35,681 nucleotides of DNA from Acidimicrobiales bacterium (GCA_036275935.1 DASUCS010000387.1:1-35681); one strand, 5' to 3'; counted from the stretch's first letter, positions 8,014-17,105 are shown. Notes: generated by a model not told the origin, from the letters alone. A program made the numbers and translations.

Positions 8014-9651
8014 ATGGGGATGCAGGGCTTGATGCAGGACTTCCCGCTCACGCTGTCGCACTTCTTCGACCGGGCCAAGTACCTCTTCCCCGAGAAGGAG
8101 ATCGTCACCGCCACCGCGACGGGAATCGACCGGACGAACTACGGCGAGTGGGCCGATCGCACCCAGCGCCTCGGTGGCGTGCTCGACGATCTCGGCATCT
8201 CCGAGGACGGTCGAGTGGCGACGTTCGGCTGGAACACCGCCCGTCACCTCGAGCTGTACTTCGCCGCCCCGTGCACAGGGCGGGTGCTGCACACGTTGAA
8301 CATCCGGCTGTTTCCGGAGCAGCTGACGTACATCGTCAACCACGCCGAGGACGAGGTGATCTTCGTCGACCGGTCGCTGCTGGCCCTGATGTGGCCGCTC
8401 GTGCACACGTTCGAGACGGTGCGCCACTTCGTGGTCATGGACGACGGCAAAGGTGACGTCCCGTCCCCCGACGGCGGGCGCCCGATCCACGATTACGAAG
8501 ATCTCTTGTCGAGCGCGGACGCTGTCGACTTCGAGGTCGACGACGAGAACCGCGCCGCGTCGATGTGTTACACGAGCGGTACGACCGGCAACCCGAAGGG
8601 TGTCGTCTACTCGCACCGCTCGACGTTCCTGCACACGTTCGGTTGCATCGCCTCGAGCAACATCGGCGTGATGGAATCGGACGTCGTCTTGCCTGTCGTG
8701 CCGATGTTCCACGCGAACGCGTGGGGCCTCGCCCACGCGGCGGTCGCGTGCGGAGCGAAGTTGGTGATGCCGGGACCGGACCTCTCCGCGCCGTCCATCG
8801 CCAACCTGATCGAGAAGGAACGAGTCACCGTCGCCGCGGGTGTGCCGACGATCTGGATGGGCGTGCTGCCGGAGTTGAAGGGCCGTGACACCTCGAGCCT
8901 GCGGGCCATTCCCTGCGGTGGCTCCGCCGTCCCGCCCGCGTTGTCGGAGGCGTACAAGGCGCAGATCGGTCTCCCGATCATGCAGGCGTGGGGGATGACC
9001 GAGACCAGCCCGGTCGCCTCGGTCGGCAAGATCAAGTCCTCGCTCGAGGCCACGCTGAGCGAAGAAGAGAAGGTCGACCTGCGCGCGACGGTCGGGCAGA
9101 TCTCGATCGGTGTCGAGTTTCGCGTCGTCGATCCGGCCACGCTCGAGCCGAAGCCCTGGGACGGCGAAACCTCCGGCGAGCTGCAGGTGCGCGGGCCGTG
9201 GATCGCCCGCACGTACTACAACGACGATCGTGCGCCCGAGTCGTTCACACCGGATGGCTGGCTGAAGACCGGCGACATGGCGGTCGTGACGCCGGACGCG
9301 TACATCCGTCTCGTCGACCGTACGAAGGATGTCATCAAGTCGGGCGGGGAGTGGATCTCGTCCGTCGATCTCGAGAACGCGATCATGGGTCACCCCAAGG
9401 TGGCGGAAGCGGCGGTCATCGCGGTGCCGCATCCGAAGTGGTCTGAACGTCCGCTCGCGTGCGTCGTCGTGAAGCAGGGCGAGGAGCTCTCGAAGGAAGA
9501 GGTGCTCGAGTACCTCAACGACAAGGTCGCCAAGTGGTGGCTACCGGACGACGTGGTGTTCATCGACGAAGTGCCCAAGACGTCGGTCGGCAAGTTCTCC
9601 AAGAAGGACCTCCGAGGCAAATTCGAGGGGTACACGCTCCCGACGACCTGA
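8014..9651 (+). CDS. AMP-dependent acyl-CoA synthetase/ligase (FadD-like fatty-acid--CoA ligase)
   Basis: AMP-binding motif YTSGTTGNPKGVVYSHRS, GWLKTGD, and C-terminal lysine region PKTSVGKFSKKDLR. 545 aa. AAGGGGG lies upstream, so the ATG at 8020 is an alternative start. Confidence 0.9.
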   Translation: MGMQGLMQDFPLTLSHFFDRAKYLFPEKEIVTATATGIDRTNYGEWADRTQRLGGVLDDLGISEDGRVATFGWNTARHLELYFAAPCTGRVLHTLNIRLFPEQLTYIVNHAEDEVIFVDRSLLALMWPLVHTFETVRHFVVMDDGKGDVPSPDGGRPIHDYEDLLSSADAVDFEVDDENRAASMCYTSGTTGNPKGVVYSHRSTFLHTFGCIASSNIGVMESDVVLPVVPMFHANAWGLAHAAVACGAKLVMPGPDLSAPSIANLIEKERVTVAAGVPTIWMGVLPELKGRDTSSLRAIPCGGSAVPPALSEAYKAQIGLPIMQAWGMTETSPVASVGKIKSSLEATLSEEEKVDLRATVGQISIGVEFRVVDPATLEPKPWDGETSGELQVRGPWIARTYYNDDRAPESFTPDGWLKTGDMAVVTPDAYIRLVDRTKDVIKSGGEWISSVDLENAIMGHPKVAEAAVIAVPHPKWSERPLACVVVKQGEELSKEEVLEYLNDKVAKWWLPDDVVFIDEVPKTSVGKFSKKDLRGKFEGYTLPTT

Positions 9652-9722
9652 CCGGCGGCTCTGTTGGGCCGGCCCGGATGCCCGTCCCCTCGCCGGCTCG
9701 CGAGAACCGGCCGGCGTCGACG

Positions 9723-9745
9723 TTGAACCCCGGGAGTGGGTTCAA
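9723..9745. terminator. Hairpin between convergent genes (TTGAACCC-N7-GGGTTCAA)
   Basis: Perfect 8-bp stem with a 7-nt loop in the 143-bp gap between the acyl-CoA ligase (+) and the EAL protein (-). Confidence 0.4.
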
Positions 9746-9794
9746 GGATCGCCGACGCCGACCGGCGAAGTACGCAGACCGTGTGCGACGTGAG

Positions 9795-11432
9795 TCAAAG
9801 GGCCGGCTCGGCGGGTGGTCCGAAGAGGTAGCCCTGTCCGAGCTCGCATCCGATGGCCTGCAGCGCGTCGGCCTGCGCGTCGGTTTCGACGCCTTCAGCG
9901 ATGGTGTAGAGCCCGAGTGCCTTGCTCATAGCGAGGATGGCTTGCGTGATCGCTTTGCTCTGGTGGTCGGTGTCGATGTCGGCGACGAGTGAGCCGTCGA
10001 TCTTGAGGAAGTCGATAGGCAGTCGTCGGAGGTAGGCCAGCGACGAGTAGCCGGTTCCGAAGTCGTCGAGGCCGACCAGGCAGCCGAGATCGCGTAGTCC
10101 TTTGAGTACGGCGACCGCGTAGTCGAACTGCTCGATCAACAGGGTTTCGGTGACTTCGAACACCAGCGCCGAGCCGGGTAGTCGCTGCGCGGTCAGTGTC
10201 CGGGCGATCCGTTCGTGGAGGCCAGGTGATGCGAGATGACGCGCCGACAGGTTGATGCTGATCCGTCCGCCGGGTACACGGTGGACGAATTGGGCGGCGC
10301 GTTCGATGGTCCAGTCGCCGAGCGGCACGATCAGTCCGGTCTCTTCGGCGACGGGGATGAAGACGTCTGGTGCGATCGACGCCTGGTAGGGCGGGTACCA
10401 ACGCAGCAGCGCCTCGGCTCCTACCGCGGTGCGGTCGGCGAGCCGCACGATTGGTTGCAGCACCATCGACAGCTCGTTGCTGGTGATCGCGGCGCGAAGA
10501 TCGGCTTCCAACTGGAGTCGGGCGACGGCCTGGTCGCGCATCGTGGTGGCGAAGACCTCGACGCGGCCGCGCCCCGCTGCTTTGGCTCGATGGAGTGCGA
10601 GGCCGGCGTCATGGAGCAAGGACTCCGCCGTGGCCGTCGAGTCTCGGTGGGCGATTCCGACGCTGGATGACAGTCGGAACTCGCGGCTGGCGATGAACAG
10701 CGGTTCGCCGATCCGTTCGACGATGCGCCACAGGAGTGCATGCGCGTTTGCGTTGTCGATCCCGTCCAGGAGGATGGCGAACACGTCGCTGTGCAGCCGG
10801 CCGACGCGTCCCACTTCCAGGAGCGACGTCACCAGCCGAGAACCAACCGCTCGGAGCACGTCATCTCCGACGCTCTGGCCCAGTGAGTCGTTGACCAGCT
10901 GGAAACGGTCGAGACCGATCAACGCGACCGTCAGCGCGGTCGTGTTGCCCATGCGCACGTCGAGATCGTTCAGCACCTTGGCCCTGCTGGGCAGGCCGGT
11001 CAACGCATCACGAAACGCCGCCTCGTACAAGTCCCGCTCGCGGGCGCGTTGCTCGCTGATGTCGCGTGCGGAGATGAGGACGCCCGCAACCGCGTGGTCA
11101 TCGACGAGGTTGTCGGCAATCGATTCGAACACGCGCCAATCTCGGGTTCCGTCGCCTCGGAGGCGGTAGGTCGTCACACCTGATGGTGGGCGGCCCGATG
11201 CAACCTGCCGGAGCTCACGCGTCACGCGTTCGCGGTCATCGGGATGGATCAGGTCGAGCATGCGTCGTCCCAACAGCGCGTCGGGCTCGGAACCGACGGC
11301 CCGAGCGGCCGCCGGGTTCACGTAGAGCAGGGTGCTGTCCGCGGCGACAACGGCGACCGGAGCCAGAAGCCGATCGGCGAGAAGTCCCAGCTCCTTGGTT
11401 CGCCATCGGCGATCTGCGTGCACCGGCTTCAC
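9795..11432 (-). CDS. PAS - degenerate GGDEF - EAL protein (probable c-di-GMP phosphodiesterase)
   Basis: The C-terminal 546 codons of ORF 9795..12296, from an in-frame GTG (complement of 11430-11432). The longer ORF would overlap the divergent regulator gene. EAL-domain signatures are present (EALLRW, ISINLS, FEVTE, DDFGTGYSSL, KIDGS, EGVE, QGYLF). The GGDEF position reads HSDVF. A PAS-like N-terminus is present (LLYVNPAAARAVG...). Confidence 0.85.
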   Translation of the reverse strand: MKPVHADRRWRTKELGLLADRLLAPVAVVAADSTLLYVNPAAARAVGSEPDALLGRRMLDLIHPDDRERVTRELRQVASGRPPSGVTTYRLRGDGTRDWRVFESIADNLVDDHAVAGVLISARDISEQRARERDLYEAAFRDALTGLPSRAKVLNDLDVRMGNTTALTVALIGLDRFQLVNDSLGQSVGDDVLRAVGSRLVTSLLEVGRVGRLHSDVFAILLDGIDNANAHALLWRIVERIGEPLFIASREFRLSSSVGIAHRDSTATAESLLHDAGLALHRAKAAGRGRVEVFATTMRDQAVARLQLEADLRAAITSNELSMVLQPIVRLADRTAVGAEALLRWYPPYQASIAPDVFIPVAEETGLIVPLGDWTIERAAQFVHRVPGGRISINLSARHLASPGLHERIARTLTAQRLPGSALVFEVTETLLIEQFDYAVAVLKGLRDLGCLVGLDDFGTGYSSLAYLRRLPIDFLKIDGSLVADIDTDHQSKAITQAILAMSKALGLYTIAEGVETDAQADALQAIGCELGQGYLFGPPAEPAL

Positions 11433-11555
11433 GTTGCGACAAACCAGCGCAAACGCCCATAGGCAGCCAGTCCGTTGAGCTAGACAGACCGTCCAAACAG
11501 CGCAAGCCTTGGGGAATTCGGAACTCAAGGTTCGTGTGTCCTGCTCGCCGGGAGC

Positions 11556-12668
11556 GTGATGGCTGCTGATCGACTGCGCGACGCGTTGGCGCAGTTCATG
11601 AACGACGCTCCGGCGTCGGCGAGGGTGCGGTCGGAGATCAAGGACTCGTGGCGTCGTTCCTTGCAGGCGGGACTGCTGCCGGATCGGTTCGACGTCCCGT
11701 TCGAGGCGGCCGTGGACTCGGATGCACCGCTCGTGCGGGCTGCTCGTCCAGTGCTCGACGGACTCGTGGAGGATCTGACAGGAATGAGTGTCAGCGTCGT
11801 GCTGACCGACCATCAGGGCCACGTCATCGATCGACGGGTGCGCCAACGCAGTCTGCGTACCGACCTCGACGGCATTTCGCTCGACACGGGTTTCGTCTAC
11901 GCCGAGCGGCGGATCGGAACGAACGCCATCGGAACGGCGCTCGTGCAGCGGGCGGCGTCGATGGTCGTCGGACCAGAGCACTTCGCCGACGCGTTCACGT
12001 ACATGGCGTGCGCCGCAGTACCGATCTTCGATCCCGAGAGCGGACGAATGAGCGGTGTGATCGATCTGACGTGCCGCGCCAGCCACGCCAGCAAGCTGAT
12101 GTTGTCGCTCGCACGGCGCGCCGCCCGAGAGATCGAACAGCGCCTTGTCGATGACAAGCGCGTGGCGGAACGTCTGCTGCTTCAGCACTTCCTGCAGAAG
12201 CGGCGCGGGGCGAAAGGACCGCTGCTGTTCGTCAACAGGCAGCAGATGATCACGAATGCGGCTGCGGACCGCATCGTGCAGCCCGCAGACGCGCAACTCG
12301 TGTGGGACCAGGTAACCCGCGCGCTCGCGAACGATCGCCTTGACGCATCAGAGCTGGTCCTGCGCGACGGCGAACCAATGGTGATGCAGTGTGAAGCCGT
12401 GCGTGACGGCGGCGCTCTCGTTGGCGCGCTCGTTCAGCTCCGCCCTCGAACCGGTCTCGCTGTGCCCGATGTGAGCAGCCACGGCGAACTGACCAACACC
12501 GAGCACAGTGTCGCGGCGCTGGCGACCGACGGCTTGACGAATCGCGAGATCGGTGAGCGCTTGTTCATGTCCCGCTACACCGTCGATACACACATCCGCT
12601 CGATCTACCGCAAGCTCGGCGTGAATTCGCGAGTCGCGCTTGCCCACGCCTACAAGGAACCATCCTGA
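11556..12668 (+). CDS. GAF-like sensor fused to a LuxR/GerE-type HTH transcriptional regulator
   Basis: The N-terminus (IKDSWRRSLQAGL..., GTNAIGTAL, ACAAVPIFD) resembles the AcoR/PrpR-type GAF sensory module. The C-terminus LTNREIGERLFMSRYTVDTHIRSIYRKLGV is a GerE HTH. 370 aa. Confidence 0.8.
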   Translation: MMAADRLRDALAQFMNDAPASARVRSEIKDSWRRSLQAGLLPDRFDVPFEAAVDSDAPLVRAARPVLDGLVEDLTGMSVSVVLTDHQGHVIDRRVRQRSLRTDLDGISLDTGFVYAERRIGTNAIGTALVQRAASMVVGPEHFADAFTYMACAAVPIFDPESGRMSGVIDLTCRASHASKLMLSLARRAAREIEQRLVDDKRVAERLLLQHFLQKRRGAKGPLLFVNRQQMITNAAADRIVQPADAQLVWDQVTRALANDRLDASELVLRDGEPMVMQCEAVRDGGALVGALVQLRPRTGLAVPDVSSHGELTNTEHSVAALATDGLTNREIGERLFMSRYTVDTHIRSIYRKLGVNSRVALAHAYKEPS

Positions 12669-12763
12669 CGCACCGCTCATCGTGAGGTCTTTCACGCGCG
12701 CGCGTGATGTGCGCGCTTGGTACGCGGGCGTACCGTCACGATGTCGCCAAGGAGGAGGTCAGC

Positions 12764-13861
12764 GTGACAATCGAGCTGTCGCAGACGAACGAGGCCGGCA
12801 CTGGGGGCGCGAAGCACGTCGCCGCCCGCGCCGTCTCCTCAGACCTCGACAACGCTTTGAGCGCGTGTGACTTTGCTGTCGTCGTGTGGGCGCTGCCCGC
12901 CGGTGTGGTGTGGCTGGCGAATCAGCACGCGGCGGACTTGTTCGGCGTTCGCCGCACGCGTCTGGTCGGAACCAAGAACACCGACCTTCTCGGTCCGAGA
13001 CATTTGGTGACGCAGGCCTTCGCCGCGCTCGAGTCCGGAGCGGTCGAGGTGGTCTGCGCCGAACGGCGTCTACGCATCCCGTCTCACGATGCGCCCGTGC
13101 TCGTGTGGAGCCGCGCGGTCGAACTCGACGGTTCCCGCGCCCTCGTGTCGCTCTACATCCCGATAGCCACGCTCGGCCGCCTCGGTCGCGACCCCTCCGC
13201 GCCGTGGCGCGACCTCACACCCGTCGCGATCGGCACCGCAGATCTCCAATGGCGGATCGACTCCATCAGCTCAGACGTCCGCGAACTCTTGGGGGTCGAA
13301 GCGACCGAGTGCCTCGGGACCTCGCTGCTCGACCTCGTTCACCGCGACGACATCTCGCACGTGTGGACACACCTCGACTCCGAACGCGCCGTCCCGCGTT
13401 CTCACTGCTTCGTCCGGATGCGCCACCGCGACGGCTCTTGGCGCGACGTGTGCGTCCTCGTCGCGAACCTGGGCGACACCCAACCAGCCATCGCCTTCGC
13501 GGCCATCGGCATTCCATCCAGGTCGAACGGCACAGCTGACCGAGTTCGAGAGCTCGAGTTGATCCTTCGGCACATCGGAGCCGAGGTCCGGGCTGCCGGG
13601 GTCCTCGACGACGTCGACGTGATGCCCGCAGCAAGCGACCATCCTCAACTCAGCGAGCTGACCACCCGCCAGTGGGAGGTCCTGAGCCGACTGCTACGAG
13701 GAGATCGAGTACCGACAATCGCCGCGGCGCTGTACGTCAGCCAAAGCACAGTGCGCAACCACCTCGCCACCATCTACGACAAGTTCGGCGTGCACTCCCA
13801 AGCCGAGCTCCTCGCCACACTGCGACAGCCTTCTGCGATTGTCCAAGGAGTGAAGACATGA
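12764..13861 (+). CDS. PAS-PAS-LuxR/GerE family transcriptional regulator
   Basis: In-frame GTG at 12764, 5 nt after AAGGAGGAGG (12749-12758). Two PAS-like segments (WLANQHAADLFGV...; SISSDVRELLGVEATECLGTSLLDLVHRDD...RHRDGSW). C-terminal GerE HTH LTTRQWEVLSRLLRGDRVPTIAAALYVSQSTVRNHLATIYDKFGV. Confidence 0.8.
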   Translation: MTIELSQTNEAGTGGAKHVAARAVSSDLDNALSACDFAVVVWALPAGVVWLANQHAADLFGVRRTRLVGTKNTDLLGPRHLVTQAFAALESGAVEVVCAERRLRIPSHDAPVLVWSRAVELDGSRALVSLYIPIATLGRLGRDPSAPWRDLTPVAIGTADLQWRIDSISSDVRELLGVEATECLGTSLLDLVHRDDISHVWTHLDSERAVPRSHCFVRMRHRDGSWRDVCVLVANLGDTQPAIAFAAIGIPSRSNGTADRVRELELILRHIGAEVRAAGVLDDVDVMPAASDHPQLSELTTRQWEVLSRLLRGDRVPTIAAALYVSQSTVRNHLATIYDKFGVHSQAELLATLRQPSAIVQGVKT

Positions 13862-14817
13862 CAACGACGCTCCCTCCTCAGATGTCTGCGCTCGTCGCTC
13901 GGCAGCAAGAGCAATCTCCTGACCGCATGAGTGTTGAAGAACGCACGCGCCCGGAACCCGGGATCGGCGACGTCTTGATTCAGGTCGGAGCCGCGAGCTT
14001 CACTCCGACCGAGCTGCAGTGGCCGTCGACGTGGGTGGACCGCGCCGGCCGAGACCGGCGGCCGGCGATACCCGGCCACGAAGTGTCCGGGACGGTCGTC
14101 GCCCTCGGGTACGGCACCACCGGATTCGGCATCGGCGACGAGGTGTTCGGACTCACTGACTGGTACCGCGACGGTTCCATGGCCGAGTTCGTGGCAGTCG
14201 AGGCCAGGAACCTCGCCAAGAAGCCCGATTCGTTGACCCATGTCGACGCCGCGGCGTTCCCCATGGCCGCGCTCACCGCGTGGCAAGCACTCTTCGTTCA
14301 CGCGGACCTCCAAGCTGGCCAGACGGTGGTCATCCACGGTGCCGGCGGCGGCGTGGGGGCGTTGGCCGTCCAGCTGGCCCTGAGCGCGGACGCCCGGGTG
14401 ATCGGGACCGGCCGGGCCGACGCGCGCGACCTGGTCCTTCAACTGGGGGCGCAGCAGTATCTCGACCTTGCTCACGACGCGTTCGGCGAAGTGAGAGAGG
14501 TGGACGTCGTGTTCGACCTCATCGGTGGAGACGCGCTTCACGGTTCCTGGCCGATGCTTCGACCCGGCGGCTCGATCGTCTCGGTCGTCGAGGCGCCCAA
14601 TGCCGAGCGCGCCGACGTGACCAGCCTGCTCTTCGTCGTCGAACCGAACGGTGAACAACTGACGAAACTCGCTCGACGCATCGAGACCGAACGTCTCCGT
14701 CCAATCGTGGGCAGCGTCGGTGCCCTGTACGACGGACCAAGCCTGTGGGCGAAGAAGATCGCGGGCGGCGTACCCGGAAAGGTCGTGCTCACCCCACCAA
14801 GTCCGCCCGTGGGGTGA
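13858..14817 (+). CDS. NADPH:quinone oxidoreductase-like medium-chain dehydrogenase/reductase
   Basis: The ATG at 13858 overlaps the upstream stop (ATGA), with CCAAGGAG upstream. GHEVSGTVV, the nucleotide-binding loop VVIHGAGGGVGALAVQLA and a C-terminal KVVL are present. 319 aa. Confidence 0.85.
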   Translation: MTTTLPPQMSALVARQQEQSPDRMSVEERTRPEPGIGDVLIQVGAASFTPTELQWPSTWVDRAGRDRRPAIPGHEVSGTVVALGYGTTGFGIGDEVFGLTDWYRDGSMAEFVAVEARNLAKKPDSLTHVDAAAFPMAALTAWQALFVHADLQAGQTVVIHGAGGGVGALAVQLALSADARVIGTGRADARDLVLQLGAQQYLDLAHDAFGEVREVDVVFDLIGGDALHGSWPMLRPGGSIVSVVEAPNAERADVTSLLFVVEPNGEQLTKLARRIETERLRPIVGSVGALYDGPSLWAKKIAGGVPGKVVLTPPSPPVG

Positions 14818-14825
14818 AGGAACCG

Positions 14826-14846
14826 AGGCCCTTCCGCCTGGGGCCT
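14826..14846. terminator. Hairpin after the oxidoreductase gene (AGGCCC-N9-GGGCCT)
   Basis: 6-bp perfect stem 9 nt after the stop at 14817, followed by GCTT. Confidence 0.3.
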
Positions 14847-14885
14847 GCTTGCGTCACCTCGGATGACCCCTTCCGACAGGCCCAG

Positions 14886-14924
14886 GTTTCGAAATACGCG
14901 AGTTTCGAAATACACTTGTTTCGG
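14886..14924 (+). promoter_or_regulatory. Tandem GTTTCGAAATAC operator repeats overlapping a candidate promoter of the MFS-TetR-MFS operon
   Basis: GTTTCGAAATAC at 14886-14897 and again at 14902-14913, each containing the 8-bp palindrome TTTCGAAA, with a third partial copy GTTTCGG at 14918-14924. TTCGAA (14888-14893), a 17-nt spacer and TACACT (14911-14916) fit -35/-10 spacing. The ATG at 14926 has no SD. Confidence 0.5.
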
Positions 14925-14925
14925 T

Positions 14926-16524
14926 ATGGACGACGCAACGGTTGATCGGCGCCGGTGGTGGGCGCTGGCGGTGATGTGCACGAGCCTGGCGGTGATCAGC
15001 CTCGACAACACGGTTCTGAATGTGGCCATCCCCGCCCTGGTGAGGGACCTGAACGCCTCGACGAGCCAGCTCCAGTGGATCGTCGACGGCTACACGCTCG
15101 TGTTCGCCGGTCTGCTCCTCACCGCGGGCAGCCTGGGCGACCGCTTCGGGCGGCGGGGGGCCCTGAGCGCCGGTCTGGCGATCTTCTGCGCGGGTTCGTT
15201 GGCGTCGGCGTTCGCGACGTCGGCGGAGATGCTGTCGATCACCCGGGCATTCATGGGTATCGGCGCGGCGCTGATCATGCCGTCGACGTTGTCGCTGCTG
15301 ACGAACGTGTTCCATGATCCGAAGGAGCGGGGCCGGGCCATCGGGGCGTGGGCTGCGGTCGCGGGCGCCAGTGGTGCGTTCGGCCCGATCATCGGCGGCG
15401 CGTTGTTGGCGCACTTCTGGTGGGGCTCGGTTTTCTTGATCAACGTGCCGTTGACGATCGGCGTGCTCGTCGCGGGACGGTTCCTGCTGCCGACGTCGAA
15501 GGACCCGCACGCGGGAAAGCTCGACCCGCTGGGCGCGTTGCTGTCGATCGTCGGGCTCGTGGCGTTGCTGTGGGGGATCATCGAGGCACCGGCGAACGGC
15601 TGGGGCGCCCCGAGTGTGGTGGGCGCGCTCGCCATCGGCGTCGTCGTGCTCGGGCTGTTCGTGGCGTGGGAGCTGACGTGCGAGAACCCGATGCTCAACG
15701 TTCGCTTCTTCAAGAACCGCCGGTTCTCCGCAGCGAACGCGGCGATCACGATGGTGTTCTTCGCGATGTTCGGCGCCAGCTTCTTGATCACGCAGTACCT
15801 GCAGACGGTGCTGGGCTTCTCGGCGCTGGAGGCTGGCCTACGGATGATGCCGATGGCGGCGGTGATGCTCGTGGTCGCACCGATGTCGCCGCGGTTCGTC
15901 GAGCGCATCGGCACGAAGCTCGTCGCCGGTATCGGTCTGTTGCTCGCGTCGGGCGGGCTCATCGTCGTCGCCACCGTGCCGGTGACGAACGGCTACCCGC
16001 GACTGCTGGCGGGGATGATCCTGCTCGCCTGCGGCATGGGGATGGTGATGGCGCCGGCGACGGAGTCGATCATGGGGTCGCTGCCCCGCAACAAGGCCGG
16101 GGTCGGTTCGGCGATGAACGACACGACCCGCCAGATGGGCGGAGCGCTCGGCGTCGCGGTGATCGGGTCGGTGTTGGCCAGCGCGTACCGTCCGGGCGTC
16201 GGCGCCCGCCTCACCGAACTGCACGCTCCCGCCTCTGTGGTGACCGCGGCCAAGGATTCAATCGGCGGCGCCGTCGATGCCGCGGGCCGGCTCGCCGAGC
16301 CATTGCGCTCGGCGGTGGTCGCCGCGTCGCGGGCGGAGTTCGTGGACGCGTTCCACGGTGCGCTGGTGGTCGGCGCGGTCGTGCTGCTCGTCGCCGCGGG
16401 GATCGTGTTCGCCTTCCTGCCCGCGCGCGCGGCAGCCGAGGAAGAAGTCCACGTCGACGGCCTGGCCACCCTCACGTTCGCCGAGGCCGAAGGTGAGCTC
16501 GAGCTGGTTGGAGAAACGTCATGA
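14926..16524 (+). CDS. MFS transporter, DHA2 (14-TMS drug:H+ antiporter) type
   Basis: Internal ATG of ORF 14863..16524: MDDATVDRRRWWALAVMCTSLAVISLDNTVLNVAIPALVRDL..., with motif GSLGDRFGRRG and many TM helices. 532 aa. Confidence 0.9.
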   Translation: MDDATVDRRRWWALAVMCTSLAVISLDNTVLNVAIPALVRDLNASTSQLQWIVDGYTLVFAGLLLTAGSLGDRFGRRGALSAGLAIFCAGSLASAFATSAEMLSITRAFMGIGAALIMPSTLSLLTNVFHDPKERGRAIGAWAAVAGASGAFGPIIGGALLAHFWWGSVFLINVPLTIGVLVAGRFLLPTSKDPHAGKLDPLGALLSIVGLVALLWGIIEAPANGWGAPSVVGALAIGVVVLGLFVAWELTCENPMLNVRFFKNRRFSAANAAITMVFFAMFGASFLITQYLQTVLGFSALEAGLRMMPMAAVMLVVAPMSPRFVERIGTKLVAGIGLLLASGGLIVVATVPVTNGYPRLLAGMILLACGMGMVMAPATESIMGSLPRNKAGVGSAMNDTTRQMGGALGVAVIGSVLASAYRPGVGARLTELHAPASVVTAAKDSIGGAVDAAGRLAEPLRSAVVAASRAEFVDAFHGALVVGAVVLLVAAGIVFAFLPARAAAEEEVHVDGLATLTFAEAEGELELVGETS

Positions 16525-17105
16525 ACGCGACGACGACGGTTCGGCCCGGCCGGCAGCGCAGCGAGGCCGCCGACGAGGCGATCATGGAAGCGACGCTGTC
16601 GCTGCTCGCAGAGCACGGCTACGTCGGGCTCACGATGGCCGCGGTGATCGAGCGGTCCGGTGTCTCGTCGGCGACGTTGTACCGGCGCTACACGACAAAG
16701 ACCGAGCTCGTCATCGCCGCCGTCGCGAGTCTCTTCCCTGAACCGGTCGACACCGACACCGGCTCCTTGCACGGCGATCTCAGTGTGTTCATCCGTCACG
16801 TCGCCCAGTCGATCGAGCGGCGAAACGAACGGGCCGTGCAGGCCCTTCGTCTGGAGAAGGAGCGCAATCCCGAGCTGGACGCCACCTTGCGTGAGCGCTT
16901 CCTCGCCCCGCGCCTCACGGAGCTCAAGGCGATCCTCACCCGAGCGAAGCAGCGTGGTGAGATCGACACGATTCCCCCCGCCGAGGTCGCCCTGAGCCTG
17001 GTGACCGGTCCCCTCTATCACCGGGCGTACCACCTCGACGAACCGCTGTCTCCGGGTTTCGTGAAGTCGACGATCGCGTTTGCGGTTCGCGCGCTGCGCG
17101 CATGA
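16521..17105 (+). CDS. TetR/AcrR family transcriptional regulator
   Basis: N-terminal HTH AIMEATLSLLAEHGYVGLTMAAVIERSGVSSATLYRRYTTKTELV. 194 aa. ATGA overlaps with both flanking MFS genes. Confidence 0.9.
   Translation: MNATTTVRPGRQRSEAADEAIMEATLSLLAEHGYVGLTMAAVIERSGVSSATLYRRYTTKTELVIAAVASLFPEPVDTDTGSLHGDLSVFIRHVAQSIERRNERAVQALRLEKERNPELDATLRERFLAPRLTELKAILTRAKQRGEIDTIPPAEVALSLVTGPLYHRAYHLDEPLSPGFVKSTIAFAVRALRA

Noticed and set aside
7005-9432. ORFs 7005..8456 (+) and 7975..9432 (-)
   Set aside because: They are off-frame or antisense to the VTT-like membrane gene and the acyl-CoA ligase, both of which have clear motifs. The composition is typical of G+C artefacts.
11433-12296. N-terminal 288 codons of ORF 9795..12296
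   Set aside because: This part would run antisense through the GAF-LuxR gene and has no domain-like sequence. The PAS domain begins just after the in-frame GTG at 11432, which leaves a sensible 123-bp divergent promoter.
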